DNA of 64,000 nucleotides, from the NCBI RefSeq assembly GCF_001565895.1, contig NZ_LSNE01000007.1, positions 256,845-320,844 on the forward strand, read 5' to 3'. The notes below the pieces were generated by a model. It made no database searches and was not told the DNA's origin. It saw nothing but the letters and a program-made list of their open reading frames with translations. The translations under genes and the position numbers were made by a program. Source of the DNA: Paraglaciecola hydrolytica. GTDB lineage: Bacteria > Pseudomonadota > Gammaproteobacteria > Enterobacterales > Alteromonadaceae. Below are positions 28,801-36,778 of this stretch, one piece after another (positions within the stretch are counted from its first letter, which is position 1; each line of letters begins with the position of its first letter).

Positions 28801-30941
28801 TCTGGGCTATCTGCCATGGCCAGTGCACTGCTAATGCTTTGTGAAAACAAACGGAATTGCGCGGCAAATTCTGCACTGGCTTCACCTGAACCCAGTTGTT
28901 TTAAGCGCTGTTTACCTTGGGCTTTAACTTGATTGAGCTTGGCATAAATTTCAGAGATATCGTCGAGGATTTTGGTGCGCACCGTGGCATCGTCGACTTT
29001 CAAACCATTTAGAATATCGGTGAGTAAGTCCAAGTCGGCCGATAAGGTATCTAATGCAAGATTTATTGGTTTGATATCAACCACTAAGTCTACTTGGGCT
29101 ATGGTGTTTTCTAAGGTAATTATCTTGTCATGATAGGGTTGCAGGGCTTTGTCGCTGGCTAAAAACTCAACGGTAATATGACTTAGTTGATCAAAGTGTT
29201 CACTGACTTCTTTATCGAGTTGCTCTAAACGCTCTTTATCGATGTAACGCTGTTCTTTAAGGCTGATCAAATGCCCGCGTTGCTGGCGTAAAGCCGTTAA
29301 ACAGGCCACATATTGCTCTGGCGTATGCCAATCATTCACCCGTATGCTGTCGATGACTTCTTGTTGTTTTTGCTCGGCTTTAGTCAGCGAATTATTAGCC
29401 TGCTGGCGAATTTGCAGGACTTTTTCGAATTCATCAATGACCAACTCTGCGGTATGGGTAATGTCTTTAACCACAGCGCCAAGTTCACTAAAATCGCTTT
29501 CGTTGAGCCAATAATAACTATCAAATAAAACACGGCAGGTTTTGATTAAGTCTTCATAGACTTGCCGGTTTGGATTGGGGTTAACAATATAACGGTGTAC
29601 CGCGTTGAGTTCGGCTATGCCACGCACTAATTCTTTATTACCAATACGCCCATAAACACTGTCGCTGGTGGGCTGTTTGGCGGCAAACTCACTACTAAAA
29701 TAAGGGGTTTGCCAAATTTGCATCGGGTGTACACGTGTGGCTTCGTTTTCAGCTTGAAATACCACCATAGTGCCGTTATCAAACACACTATAACCATGGG
29801 CATAAATCGGGTTTTGTAGCTCTTTGCGAATTAGGTTGTAAGAATATAAACCACTTAAACCTGATTCCGCTTCATGAAAAATATACAACACGTCTTCACC
29901 GTTAGGTGAGCGCACACTGCGTCTAAAGGTAAGGCCGGCTATTTCATCGGGAAACGATTTGCTTTCGCCATTTTGCAGATAATAACCACCGGGAAATATG
30001 ATCCCGTGATCTTCTGGCAACGATACACAGGCCAAGCCAATGGCATCAATACGCTTAACTGAATTGCTACGAGAATTAAATACTAAGTAGCGGTAGTTTT
30101 TTTCGCGGTAGGGCAGGATTTTAAACAAAATCAGGCTGCCCACTTGGGCATACTGGATATCGGCATCGGCTAAACTTTGGGTATGGTCTTCGACGGGTTC
30201 GTTATACACGCCTAAACCATCTTGGGTATTGTTTTCTACCTTGATGGTAAGGGTGCCACCCACCGTTTCTACAAAGGCCTTATCCAGTATATTGATATGG
30301 GGATGTTGGCCACTAACATGTTGTTCGCGCGCGGCTTTTAGCCAAATAAAATCGTGAGATGCGGCCTGTTTTAAAGCACGCTCACCACGATTATCAATAT
30401 AGCTCGCACTGCCATCTTTATTCACACGCCATTGAAAGACCCGTGTGTCTGCTAGCTTGCGGCCTATTTGAAAGACGGCAAACAAGGTTTGCTCTTGTAC
30501 TTTAAGTTGCAGTAAACGGGCTTCTTTGTAATAAACGTAGAGTTCGTTAAATTCTTTTTGAAAGGTGCTATCTGCTAAAAACGTTCCGGTTAATTCACGA
30601 GGATTTAGCTCAAAACCACTGTCGGTTTTACTCAGGCGATAAAGCCCAAAAACGTCGCTGATTTGGGTTTCTTTTTTCAAGCCAATAAATACGTTATAAC
30701 CAAACAGTATGCTGTCGCCCACCGGCACAATATCACGGGCTACGCAGTTATTTTCGGTGCGCACCCGCACGCGACCTAATACGTCGAGTTTGGTTTGACC
30801 AAATTCTGCGATACGTTGCTGGTTGTGTTGCTCTAGTTGTTGTTTAAGGGTGTTCGCTTGTTGCGTTAAACGCTGACGAATAACCTCATAAGCGCCGCCC
30901 TCGGCGACGGCCTGATCAACTTGAGTTTGCTCTGAAGCCAT
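25860..30941 (-). CDS. Giant (~1,690 aa) coiled-coil protein with a C-terminal MoxR/dynein-type (AAA_5-like) AAA+ ATPase; third gene of the yqiJ-flotillin operon
   Basis: Walker A GYGKTT is encoded at 27000-27017 and Walker B LYLDD at 26817-26831 (both verified on the DNA). A VVMAGNP motif lies downstream, as in MoxR/McrB/dynein AAA modules. The N-terminal ~600 aa are unassigned. The central ~600 aa have heptad-rich Q/E/L-rich coiled-coil character. The ATG at 30941 has an AAGGAA Shine-Dalgarno; the ORF-track start at 30983 is a TTG. Confidence 0.55.
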   Translation of the reverse strand: MASEQTQVDQAVAEGGAYEVIRQRLTQQANTLKQQLEQHNQQRIAEFGQTKLDVLGRVRVRTENNCVARDIVPVGDSILFGYNVFIGLKKETQISDVFGLYRLSKTDSGFELNPRELTGTFLADSTFQKEFNELYVYYKEARLLQLKVQEQTLFAVFQIGRKLADTRVFQWRVNKDGSASYIDNRGERALKQAASHDFIWLKAAREQHVSGQHPHINILDKAFVETVGGTLTIKVENNTQDGLGVYNEPVEDHTQSLADADIQYAQVGSLILFKILPYREKNYRYLVFNSRSNSVKRIDAIGLACVSLPEDHGIIFPGGYYLQNGESKSFPDEIAGLTFRRSVRSPNGEDVLYIFHEAESGLSGLYSYNLIRKELQNPIYAHGYSVFDNGTMVVFQAENEATRVHPMQIWQTPYFSSEFAAKQPTSDSVYGRIGNKELVRGIAELNAVHRYIVNPNPNRQVYEDLIKTCRVLFDSYYWLNESDFSELGAVVKDITHTAELVIDEFEKVLQIRQQANNSLTKAEQKQQEVIDSIRVNDWHTPEQYVACLTALRQQRGHLISLKEQRYIDKERLEQLDKEVSEHFDQLSHITVEFLASDKALQPYHDKIITLENTIAQVDLVVDIKPINLALDTLSADLDLLTDILNGLKVDDATVRTKILDDISEIYAKLNQVKAQGKQRLKQLGSGEASAEFAAQFRLFSQSISSALAMADSPEKADEQLSRLSIQLEELESKFSEYDQFLSDIMDKREELHSAFASRKQSLIEEQQRRAQNLFSAAQRIITGVKKRALGFNQLDELNTYFASDPMILKLSDLVAQLRDLKDQVKADDLEAQLKAAKEAGIRGQRDKQDIFEDGGTVIKLGKHKFSVNSQGLELTLLPKDEGLYRHLVGTDFFEQLEHPQLNELKAYWQQALVSENKHVSRIEYLAFSIIQDAEQQRNGLTLPQLYAMVNQAAELEKLVRGYMTSRYQEGYQKGVHDHDVVKILQALLSVHEQADLLRFDPQARAIAMLFWAYAGISKAQQQIWQSHAFSAQLLANAFNSQQGFAQLQQNLETHISAFVQRFNLPFAPREIKQSAVYLSAELALPKFAFINSQSATTLHQEFITAIETLGHTRDFNTAMSQFNQQIEKAEAKQDSSLGFKVLGLNEQWSLCQAWLSAMLNDSHLAQARHYWPEAAALIICQQKLENRTSKVNLDVAVSGLLSEHHNIHNGQLSLSLDEFIQRLGRYQEVEVKGFKQYHHVRQQVMASSKHELQLESFKAKPLSSFVRNRLINEVYLPIIGDNLAKQMGALGDNKRTDLMGLLLLISPPGYGKTTLMEYVADRLGLVFMKINCPSLGHDVSSLDPANAPNATAKQELEKLNLGLEMGSNVMLYLDDIQHTHPEFLQKFIALCDGTRRIEGVWKGQSKTYDMRGKKFSVVMAGNPYTESGDVFKVPDMLANRADIYNLGDVLGGKEEQFALSYIENALTSNSVLAPLALRDMQDVYKFIAMAQGDQVATNELSHAYSGAEINEIVTVLKHLLVIQNVILSVNLEYIKSAATAEDYRQEPPFKLQGSYRNMNKMAEKVSSVMNHGELMQLIGDHYTGEAQTLTSGAEENLLKLAILRGVISEAQQQRWVHICSAFSGKKQLSIDGDPTIQAVRQLGQISASLEAIKLDMQQSDTTDLIKPINRVATAMHLLSKVWMGNDVKQIKNE

Positions 30942-30998
30942 TATTGATTCCTTGTCAAACAATGGGCGGCGAGTGGCCGCCAAATTGAGATAACACTG

Positions 30999-33002
30999 TT
31001 ATTTTTTTGGGTTCAGAGCGCTACCTATGATGTCTAACAACTGGGGATTGGATTGACCTTCTTTTAATAATTTAGCCACCAGTGCGGTGATAGCTGTGTC
31101 TTTCACACTGCCACTGGCATTGCCAAAACCGGCTACCAGCTCTTTGGCATCTTCGACAAAGCTGGCATCCCCGTTGAGGTGATCTTTAAAGGCTGTTTGT
31201 AAGGTTTGACTTTTATTCATGGTGCCATCAATGGCTTTACCCACAGAAATGGATTTAACAAAGCTGTCTAAGTAACTGCTGTCACCACTAACAATATCAA
31301 TCTTCGCGGCTTTCAGAGCGGCGGATAATACGGTGGCTTGCTCTTTGGCAATATCCACATTGGTGCGAATAGACTCCATGATTTCGGCGTGACCGTTATC
31401 AAGTTGCATTCTGAATTCTTCATGGGCACGTTGTTGTTCAGACATAGTGCCCATGGCGGCAAACTTAAGGGTCATACCTTCGGCTTCAGCGGCGGCTTTT
31501 TTGGCTGTCACTTGCGCTTCGGCGATACCGGTTTTTTCTACCGCATCGGCCATGGCTTCTTGTACACGCACTTGTGCCATGCCCTCTTGTTCTTTGGCTA
31601 AGGCTTGCGCTTCCATGACTTTGGCGGCAGCAAGACCTGGAGCAGCTTCAAGGGCTTCTTTACCTTCTGCTTCTTTACGTTGGCCCATGGCACGTTTTTC
31701 GGCAACATCTAAATCGGCAGCAGCATCTATGCCTTTTTGTCTGGCTATGTGACTGGCTGATTTTTCAGCGGCTTCAGCGGCTTTAATATCTTTGACTAGG
31801 GCTTCTTCAGCTTCTGCTTCTGCAGCAATGACCTTGGCTTTTCTGTGGCGCTCGGCATCCGAGACCATGCGCAATTCGTTAATTTCTTCTTCACGTTGGG
31901 CAACGGTTTTATCTACTTCAATACGTGAACGGATCACGTCGGCAATTTCACGTTTTTCGTGCTCAAGTAATTTTTCATTGGCAATACGTTGCAAAGAAGC
32001 TTCTTTTTCACGGTCAATTTGCTCAAGTTCACGGGCACGGATAACACGCTCTTCTTCAATAGCCACGGCGCGTAAACGATTGTTGTGAGCAACTTCAACT
32101 TCACGTTGTTTGTTTTGTTCTTGTACTTCAATTTCTTGGGCTGCGGTCACTCGAGCTTGATCTGATTTGAGTTTTTCTTCGTGTTGTACCCTTTCAGTTT
32201 CAGCTTGTTCGCGGGCGATGACGGTTTGAATTTCACGTTTTTGCTTGGCTTCGGCATCGGCCTGTTGACGCTCTAATTCCAAGATGGCTTCACGGGTTTC
32301 AACGTCCTTACGTTTGATTTTCATCTCTTCGTCACGGCGAAACACGTTGGTTTGAATGTGCTGTTCGGCGGTTAATTCGGTTATTTTACGAATACCTTGA
32401 GAGTCGAGAATATTGTTGGGATCAAGCTTTTCAACGGGGGTTTGCTCAAGATAATCGATGGCGACATCTTCAAGCACATAGCCGTTTAAATCGGTACCGA
32501 TGTTATCAATAATCATATCGCGGAACTTGTCGCGTTTGGCATATAAGTCTTCAAAATCCAGGGACTTACCAACGGTTTTTAAGGCTTCGGAAAACTTAGC
32601 ACTGAACAAATCTTCTAAGGTCGCAATGTTTGATGCACGTTCACAGCCAATGGCTTGGGCTACTTTGAGCACGTCATCACGGTTTTTGTTCACCTTAACA
32701 AAAAAGCCTACTTTGATGTCTGCGCGAATATTATCCTTACAAATCAAACCTTCAGAGCCACTGCGGTCGACTTCAATGGCTTTCAGCGAGATATCCATGA
32801 TTTCCATTTTATGGAAAACCGGGATCACCACCGAACCGGTAAAAGTGACTTTGGGTTCTTCGCGCATGGTATTGACGATCATGGCGCGGCCTTGCTCTAC
32901 TTTTTTGTAGAGTTTGGCCATCATTAAGATGGCGGCCATGATAAATATAAAAATACCAACTGCCAGTGACAACCAAAAGATTAGGTTGGTGGGCTCGTTC
33001 AT
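30999..33002 (-). CDS. yqiK: Flotillin-like SPFH/band-7 protein (YqiK/FloT family) with an extended E/A/K/R-rich coiled coil
   Basis: N-terminal TM helix, an SPFH domain, then a long EA-repeat coiled coil and a C-terminal flotillin tail. GGAG Shine-Dalgarno. Confidence 0.75.
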   Translation of the reverse strand: MNEPTNLIFWLSLAVGIFIFIMAAILMMAKLYKKVEQGRAMIVNTMREEPKVTFTGSVVIPVFHKMEIMDISLKAIEVDRSGSEGLICKDNIRADIKVGFFVKVNKNRDDVLKVAQAIGCERASNIATLEDLFSAKFSEALKTVGKSLDFEDLYAKRDKFRDMIIDNIGTDLNGYVLEDVAIDYLEQTPVEKLDPNNILDSQGIRKITELTAEQHIQTNVFRRDEEMKIKRKDVETREAILELERQQADAEAKQKREIQTVIAREQAETERVQHEEKLKSDQARVTAAQEIEVQEQNKQREVEVAHNNRLRAVAIEEERVIRARELEQIDREKEASLQRIANEKLLEHEKREIADVIRSRIEVDKTVAQREEEINELRMVSDAERHRKAKVIAAEAEAEEALVKDIKAAEAAEKSASHIARQKGIDAAADLDVAEKRAMGQRKEAEGKEALEAAPGLAAAKVMEAQALAKEQEGMAQVRVQEAMADAVEKTGIAEAQVTAKKAAAEAEGMTLKFAAMGTMSEQQRAHEEFRMQLDNGHAEIMESIRTNVDIAKEQATVLSAALKAAKIDIVSGDSSYLDSFVKSISVGKAIDGTMNKSQTLQTAFKDHLNGDASFVEDAKELVAGFGNASGSVKDTAITALVAKLLKEGQSNPQLLDIIGSALNPKK

Positions 33003-33039
33003 TGGGTAGCTCCTGCTTGAGGGTTAGATAAGATAATAA

Positions 33040-33687
33040 TTAAGAGCTTGATGACATGGCCATCAGTTCAGATTCTGTTACTACGGAATAACAATCTTGG
33101 GCCACAAGATAGTCAATCAGTACGATTTTGTTGCCCTTACCAATGGTGTTAGGACTAGAGGCTCTCACGCTCAATACCATACCGTCGGGCGTCACAGCTT
33201 GACCAAAGGTTTCACTGACACTCAGGGTAGTTAGGGTGCAAATGGTGCCTATAAGCTCATTTTTTGCCACACCTTCGTGAGTGATAAAAAAACGCCGTAA
33301 AGGTCTAATACATAAAGCCGACAAGGGCAGGGCGATAACAATGGCAAAAGCCGCGACTACAGCACCTTGGGCCGTTGCTGTAAGTACACCATCAAATAAA
33401 GGGGCGGCATATTTGCGCGCTAAGTAGGTAAAACTAAAAGCGTAAATATCAATAAGGGTCAGGGACACGGTTAAGGGCACGCCGTTTAAGCCGAGTTTTT
33501 CGAGCCAGGATGTGCCGGCCGAACCTGCTTCTGCATCTCCACCTGCATCACTGTCTGTTCCAAAGTCGAGAATGTCTAAGTCTAACAATCCAGCAAAGGC
33601 CATTAACCACAACAAGGTCAGTATGATCAGTGGAATGGTAAAAATGATGGTGGGGAAGCTGAATACTTCGTTGAGAAAAAGATCCAT
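33040..33687 (-). CDS. yqiJ: YqiJ/NfeD-like inner-membrane protein (DUF1449), the conserved partner of flotillin
   Basis: ~215 aa. TM helices, an acidic Gly-rich loop (DSDAGGDAEAGSAG) and a C-terminal OB-fold-like segment. Lies 37 bp upstream of the flotillin gene, mirroring E. coli yqiJK. Confidence 0.55.
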   Translation of the reverse strand: MDLFLNEVFSFPTIIFTIPLIILTLLWLMAFAGLLDLDILDFGTDSDAGGDAEAGSAGTSWLEKLGLNGVPLTVSLTLIDIYAFSFTYLARKYAAPLFDGVLTATAQGAVVAAFAIVIALPLSALCIRPLRRFFITHEGVAKNELIGTICTLTTLSVSETFGQAVTPDGMVLSVRASSPNTIGKGNKIVLIDYLVAQDCYSVVTESELMAMSSSS

Positions 33688-34072
33688 TTTCAATACTCCG
33701 ATACAGCTTGGTAAGAGTTAATGCTTATTCAGGCGAACAGAAAACTACTCATTCGTGGGGCTTTTGTCAATCATTCCATAGAATAGGAAAATAGGGTTGC
33801 CGTGATCAGCGGTCACTACTTATCAATGAACCACCGCTTGAGGTTTGTTAATAAGACAGTGCAAGGTAGTGCTTATGCAATAGTGAAAACCTAAGTCGGA
33901 ATGGTATGTTCTGGATACGTATTTTAATAGCCTATATTCAGCACTGAAATGCTAAAATTGCTCTCTATTTTGCACCGTATTTTTTTATAAAATCGCCAAT
34001 AAAAATGCACTTGAATCTCTGGTATTTAACTTCTAGTATCGCTAGGTCTTTTATGTAAAAGGAATCGCGTTA

Positions 34073-35293
34073 ATGACCTTATTATTTAGCTCTTTGTTTA
34101 CTAGTTCTTTATTTACTAATAAGGGCAAAAAAGTCAGTGTCTTAGTTTTATCCTTCTGCTTGTTTTTTAAGATTCAGGCCAATGAAGCAAACATCCCCGA
34201 ATCTTTTAAAGGCGATACGCCAAGTTCAAGTTATACGATTAAATATAACGATATTGATCTGCTATTTAATAGTTTAGTGATGGCGACGGGTATGTCTGAT
34301 CGTAAAAAAACCAAAGGCGATCAGGCCGAAATGGGAAGTCGCTTAAAAATAAATATTAATCGCCTAAGTGCCTCCGAGGCTAACCGTTTTTATTTTGAAG
34401 CATTAGAAACAGATGAGCAAAGAGCGGTAATAACTAATATTCGTAAAAATTTAGAAAAACTGCCAGACACTGCTCCTTTGCAATACTTCCATAAAAGTGA
34501 ACAACTGGCCTATTGGTTAAATCTTTATAACATCACCATGATTGAGCAATTGATTAAGCTCTATCCACAAAAAGATTTAGAAGATGAATTTGTCGGTAAG
34601 GATTCAATTTTAGATAAAAAACTATTAAAGGTTTCAGGTATCGAACTGAGTTTTAACGATATTCAACATAAAATTTTGATGCCCAAGTTTGATAACGATC
34701 CATTGATTATTTATGGCCTTTATCAAGGCTTCATTGGTGGCCCTAATATCAGACCTGAAGCTTATAAAGGTGATTCTGTTTTTCAGTCACTAAAAGACAA
34801 TGCTTATGAATTTGTTAACTCTAACCGAGGCACATATGCAGAGCGTCGCAATGTGTTTCGAGTATCGAGTTTGTACGAACGTAATAAAAACTATTTTCCT
34901 AATTTTGAGGCGGATTTAGTCAAACATCTGCATGAATATCTCATTGGTGAAATGCATCAATCCTTAGATGACTCTACCAAAATCCGCACAAACATTAATA
35001 ACTGGGATATAACCGATATCTATGGCTCTCTTAGAAAGTCAGGAAACAGCGCGATGACCTCGGAAGCCGCGTTACTAGATGCTGTAGTGGGTAACGCCGA
35101 CAATGGAGGAACCATGGTGAGTTTGAATGCCATTAGTAATATGTATGCAGATATCGCGCAGTCGTCGCTTAGTCGCTTCTCACCAGAACAATTAGCCCAG
35201 ATCCAAGCTTTAAGTTTCAAGCGTGCGCAAAATGCCGGTTATGTTGAAGTCACTGACTTTGATACCCCATCAAGAGTCGAGAAAAACAATTAA
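34073..35293 (+). CDS. Secreted DUF547 family protein (paralogue 1)
   Basis: Signal peptide, and the conserved DUF547 core including EQLAYWLNLYN. Confidence 0.5.
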   Translation: MTLLFSSLFTSSLFTNKGKKVSVLVLSFCLFFKIQANEANIPESFKGDTPSSSYTIKYNDIDLLFNSLVMATGMSDRKKTKGDQAEMGSRLKININRLSASEANRFYFEALETDEQRAVITNIRKNLEKLPDTAPLQYFHKSEQLAYWLNLYNITMIEQLIKLYPQKDLEDEFVGKDSILDKKLLKVSGIELSFNDIQHKILMPKFDNDPLIIYGLYQGFIGGPNIRPEAYKGDSVFQSLKDNAYEFVNSNRGTYAERRNVFRVSSLYERNKNYFPNFEADLVKHLHEYLIGEMHQSLDDSTKIRTNINNWDITDIYGSLRKSGNSAMTSEAALLDAVVGNADNGGTMVSLNAISNMYADIAQSSLSRFSPEQLAQIQALSFKRAQNAGYVEVTDFDTPSRVEKNN

Positions 35294-35315
35294 GCAGTAA
35301 GATTTAATCCTTAAT

Positions 35316-35356
35316 AAAGCCGCAAATATTAACAATGTTTGCGGCTTTATTATGTT
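35316..35356 (+). terminator. Rho-independent terminator
   Basis: aaagccgcaaa-loop-tttgcggcttt followed by attatgttt. Confidence 0.45.
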
Positions 35357-35500
35357 TAAGGGGCTATGAAAATATCCCCACTTAACAGGCTGTTTGTAAC
35401 AATATGTAATCGACTCATTAGCTCGGGCTTTTTTGCTTGAATAAATGAATTTTACTCTCTAGGATAAATTCGACTGAACACGGAATAATGGAAAGCTCCA

Positions 35501-36706
35501 ATGAAATCAATGCTGATATTAATTAAAAGAATAAGCATGACTGCGGTGATGCTAAGTATCATCACAGCGGTAAATGCTGATGAAAAAAATGTGCCAGAGC
35601 CATTTAAAGGCGATAATCCCAGCTCCAGTTATAGCATTCTGTACGACGATATCGATGTACTCTTCAGAGGCACAGTGCTAGCTACCGGAATGTCTGACAG
35701 GGCCAGAGCCAAAGAATCCTCTGCAGAGATTGGTAGTAGAATTAAAACCAATGTAAATAGTTTAACTGCGTTGGAGGGCAATCGTTTTTTCTATGAGGCC
35801 TTTGAAACAGAAGAAGATAAAGCAATCTTAAGCAACATCCGCAAAAACCTAGAAGAGTTGCCCTCTACGGCACCCTTAAAACACTTTCATAAAAGCGAAC
35901 AACTGGCTTATTGGCTTAATCTATACAACATCACTTTATTAGATGAAATCGTAAAAATATATCCAAAACGTGATTTAGAAGATCAACTGGAAGGGAAAAA
36001 TTCGCTACTCAATAAAAAACTATTAAAAGTGTCTGGCGTAACACTGAGTTTGAATGACATTCACCATAAAATATTGATGCCAAAATATGACAATGATCCG
36101 CTGATTATCTATGGCTTGTATCAAGGAGTGATTGGCGGGCCGAATATTCGTCGTGAAGCCTACAAAGGTGAAACGGTGTTTTCAGCCTTAAAAGAAAACG
36201 CTTATGAATTTGTTAATTCTAACCGTGGTACATACGCTGACAGAGGCGGGGTGTTCAGAGTCTCTAGTTTGTATGAGCGTAATGAAGACTATTTCCCTAA
36301 TTTCAAAAGCGATCTAAAAGCTCATTTGGAAAAGTATATTATTGGCGATATGAATTATTACTTGGAAGAGTCGAAACGAATTCGTACTAATATTAGCAAC
36401 TGGGATATTACCGATCTTTATGGCTCTAAACGTAAATCTAATAGTAGTTCAGCAACATCTGAAGCGGCGTTATTAGACGCAGGTAGTAGTAACAATGACG
36501 CCCTTCCTGAGCAACTGAAAGGCGCTGGAATTTTCACTCAAGGTGCGTTAAGTGACACTTTCTCCAGACTGTCTCCCGAAATCAGCCGTTTTACACCAGA
36601 GCAGTTAGCACAAATTAGAGCGTTGCACTTTAAGGCTGCAGATAATGCAGGGCGTGTAGAAGTAACGGATATTGAAAAAGAAGAATCCACCGAAGAACAA
36701 AATTAA
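35501..36706 (+). CDS. Secreted DUF547 family protein (paralogue 2, ~65-70% identical to paralogue 1)
   Basis: Same motifs as the upstream gene (SEQLAYWLNLYNIT, PNIRREAYKG, RFTPEQLAQIRAL). Signal peptide. Confidence 0.5.
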   Translation: MKSMLILIKRISMTAVMLSIITAVNADEKNVPEPFKGDNPSSSYSILYDDIDVLFRGTVLATGMSDRARAKESSAEIGSRIKTNVNSLTALEGNRFFYEAFETEEDKAILSNIRKNLEELPSTAPLKHFHKSEQLAYWLNLYNITLLDEIVKIYPKRDLEDQLEGKNSLLNKKLLKVSGVTLSLNDIHHKILMPKYDNDPLIIYGLYQGVIGGPNIRREAYKGETVFSALKENAYEFVNSNRGTYADRGGVFRVSSLYERNEDYFPNFKSDLKAHLEKYIIGDMNYYLEESKRIRTNISNWDITDLYGSKRKSNSSSATSEAALLDAGSSNNDALPEQLKGAGIFTQGALSDTFSRLSPEISRFTPEQLAQIRALHFKAADNAGRVEVTDIEKEESTEEQN

Positions 36707-36721
36707 TCTAATTATAAATCG

Positions 36722-36750
36722 AGTCACCAGTGTCAGTACTGGTGACTTTC
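36722..36750. terminator. Bidirectional terminator between convergent genes
   Basis: agtcaccag-tgtcagta-ctggtgact hairpin flanked by T/A runs. Confidence 0.45.
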
Positions 36751-36778
36751 TAATCTCGATGTGCCAACGATAATCTGC

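Noticed and set aside
25860-30941. Interpreting the giant protein as a bacterial dynamin-like GTPase partner of flotillin
   Set aside because: The P-loop context (hydrophobic strand plus GYGKTT, hhhhDD Walker B, then a GNP sensor) fits an AAA+ fold. Dynamin G2/G3/G4 motifs (T, DxxG, TKxD) were not found.
31338-32927. Plus-strand ORFs (87-136 aa, Ala/Ser-rich) opposite the flotillin gene
   Set aside because: These are antisense artefacts of the highly repetitive GCn-rich EA coiled-coil codons on the minus strand. There is no Shine-Dalgarno or independent support.
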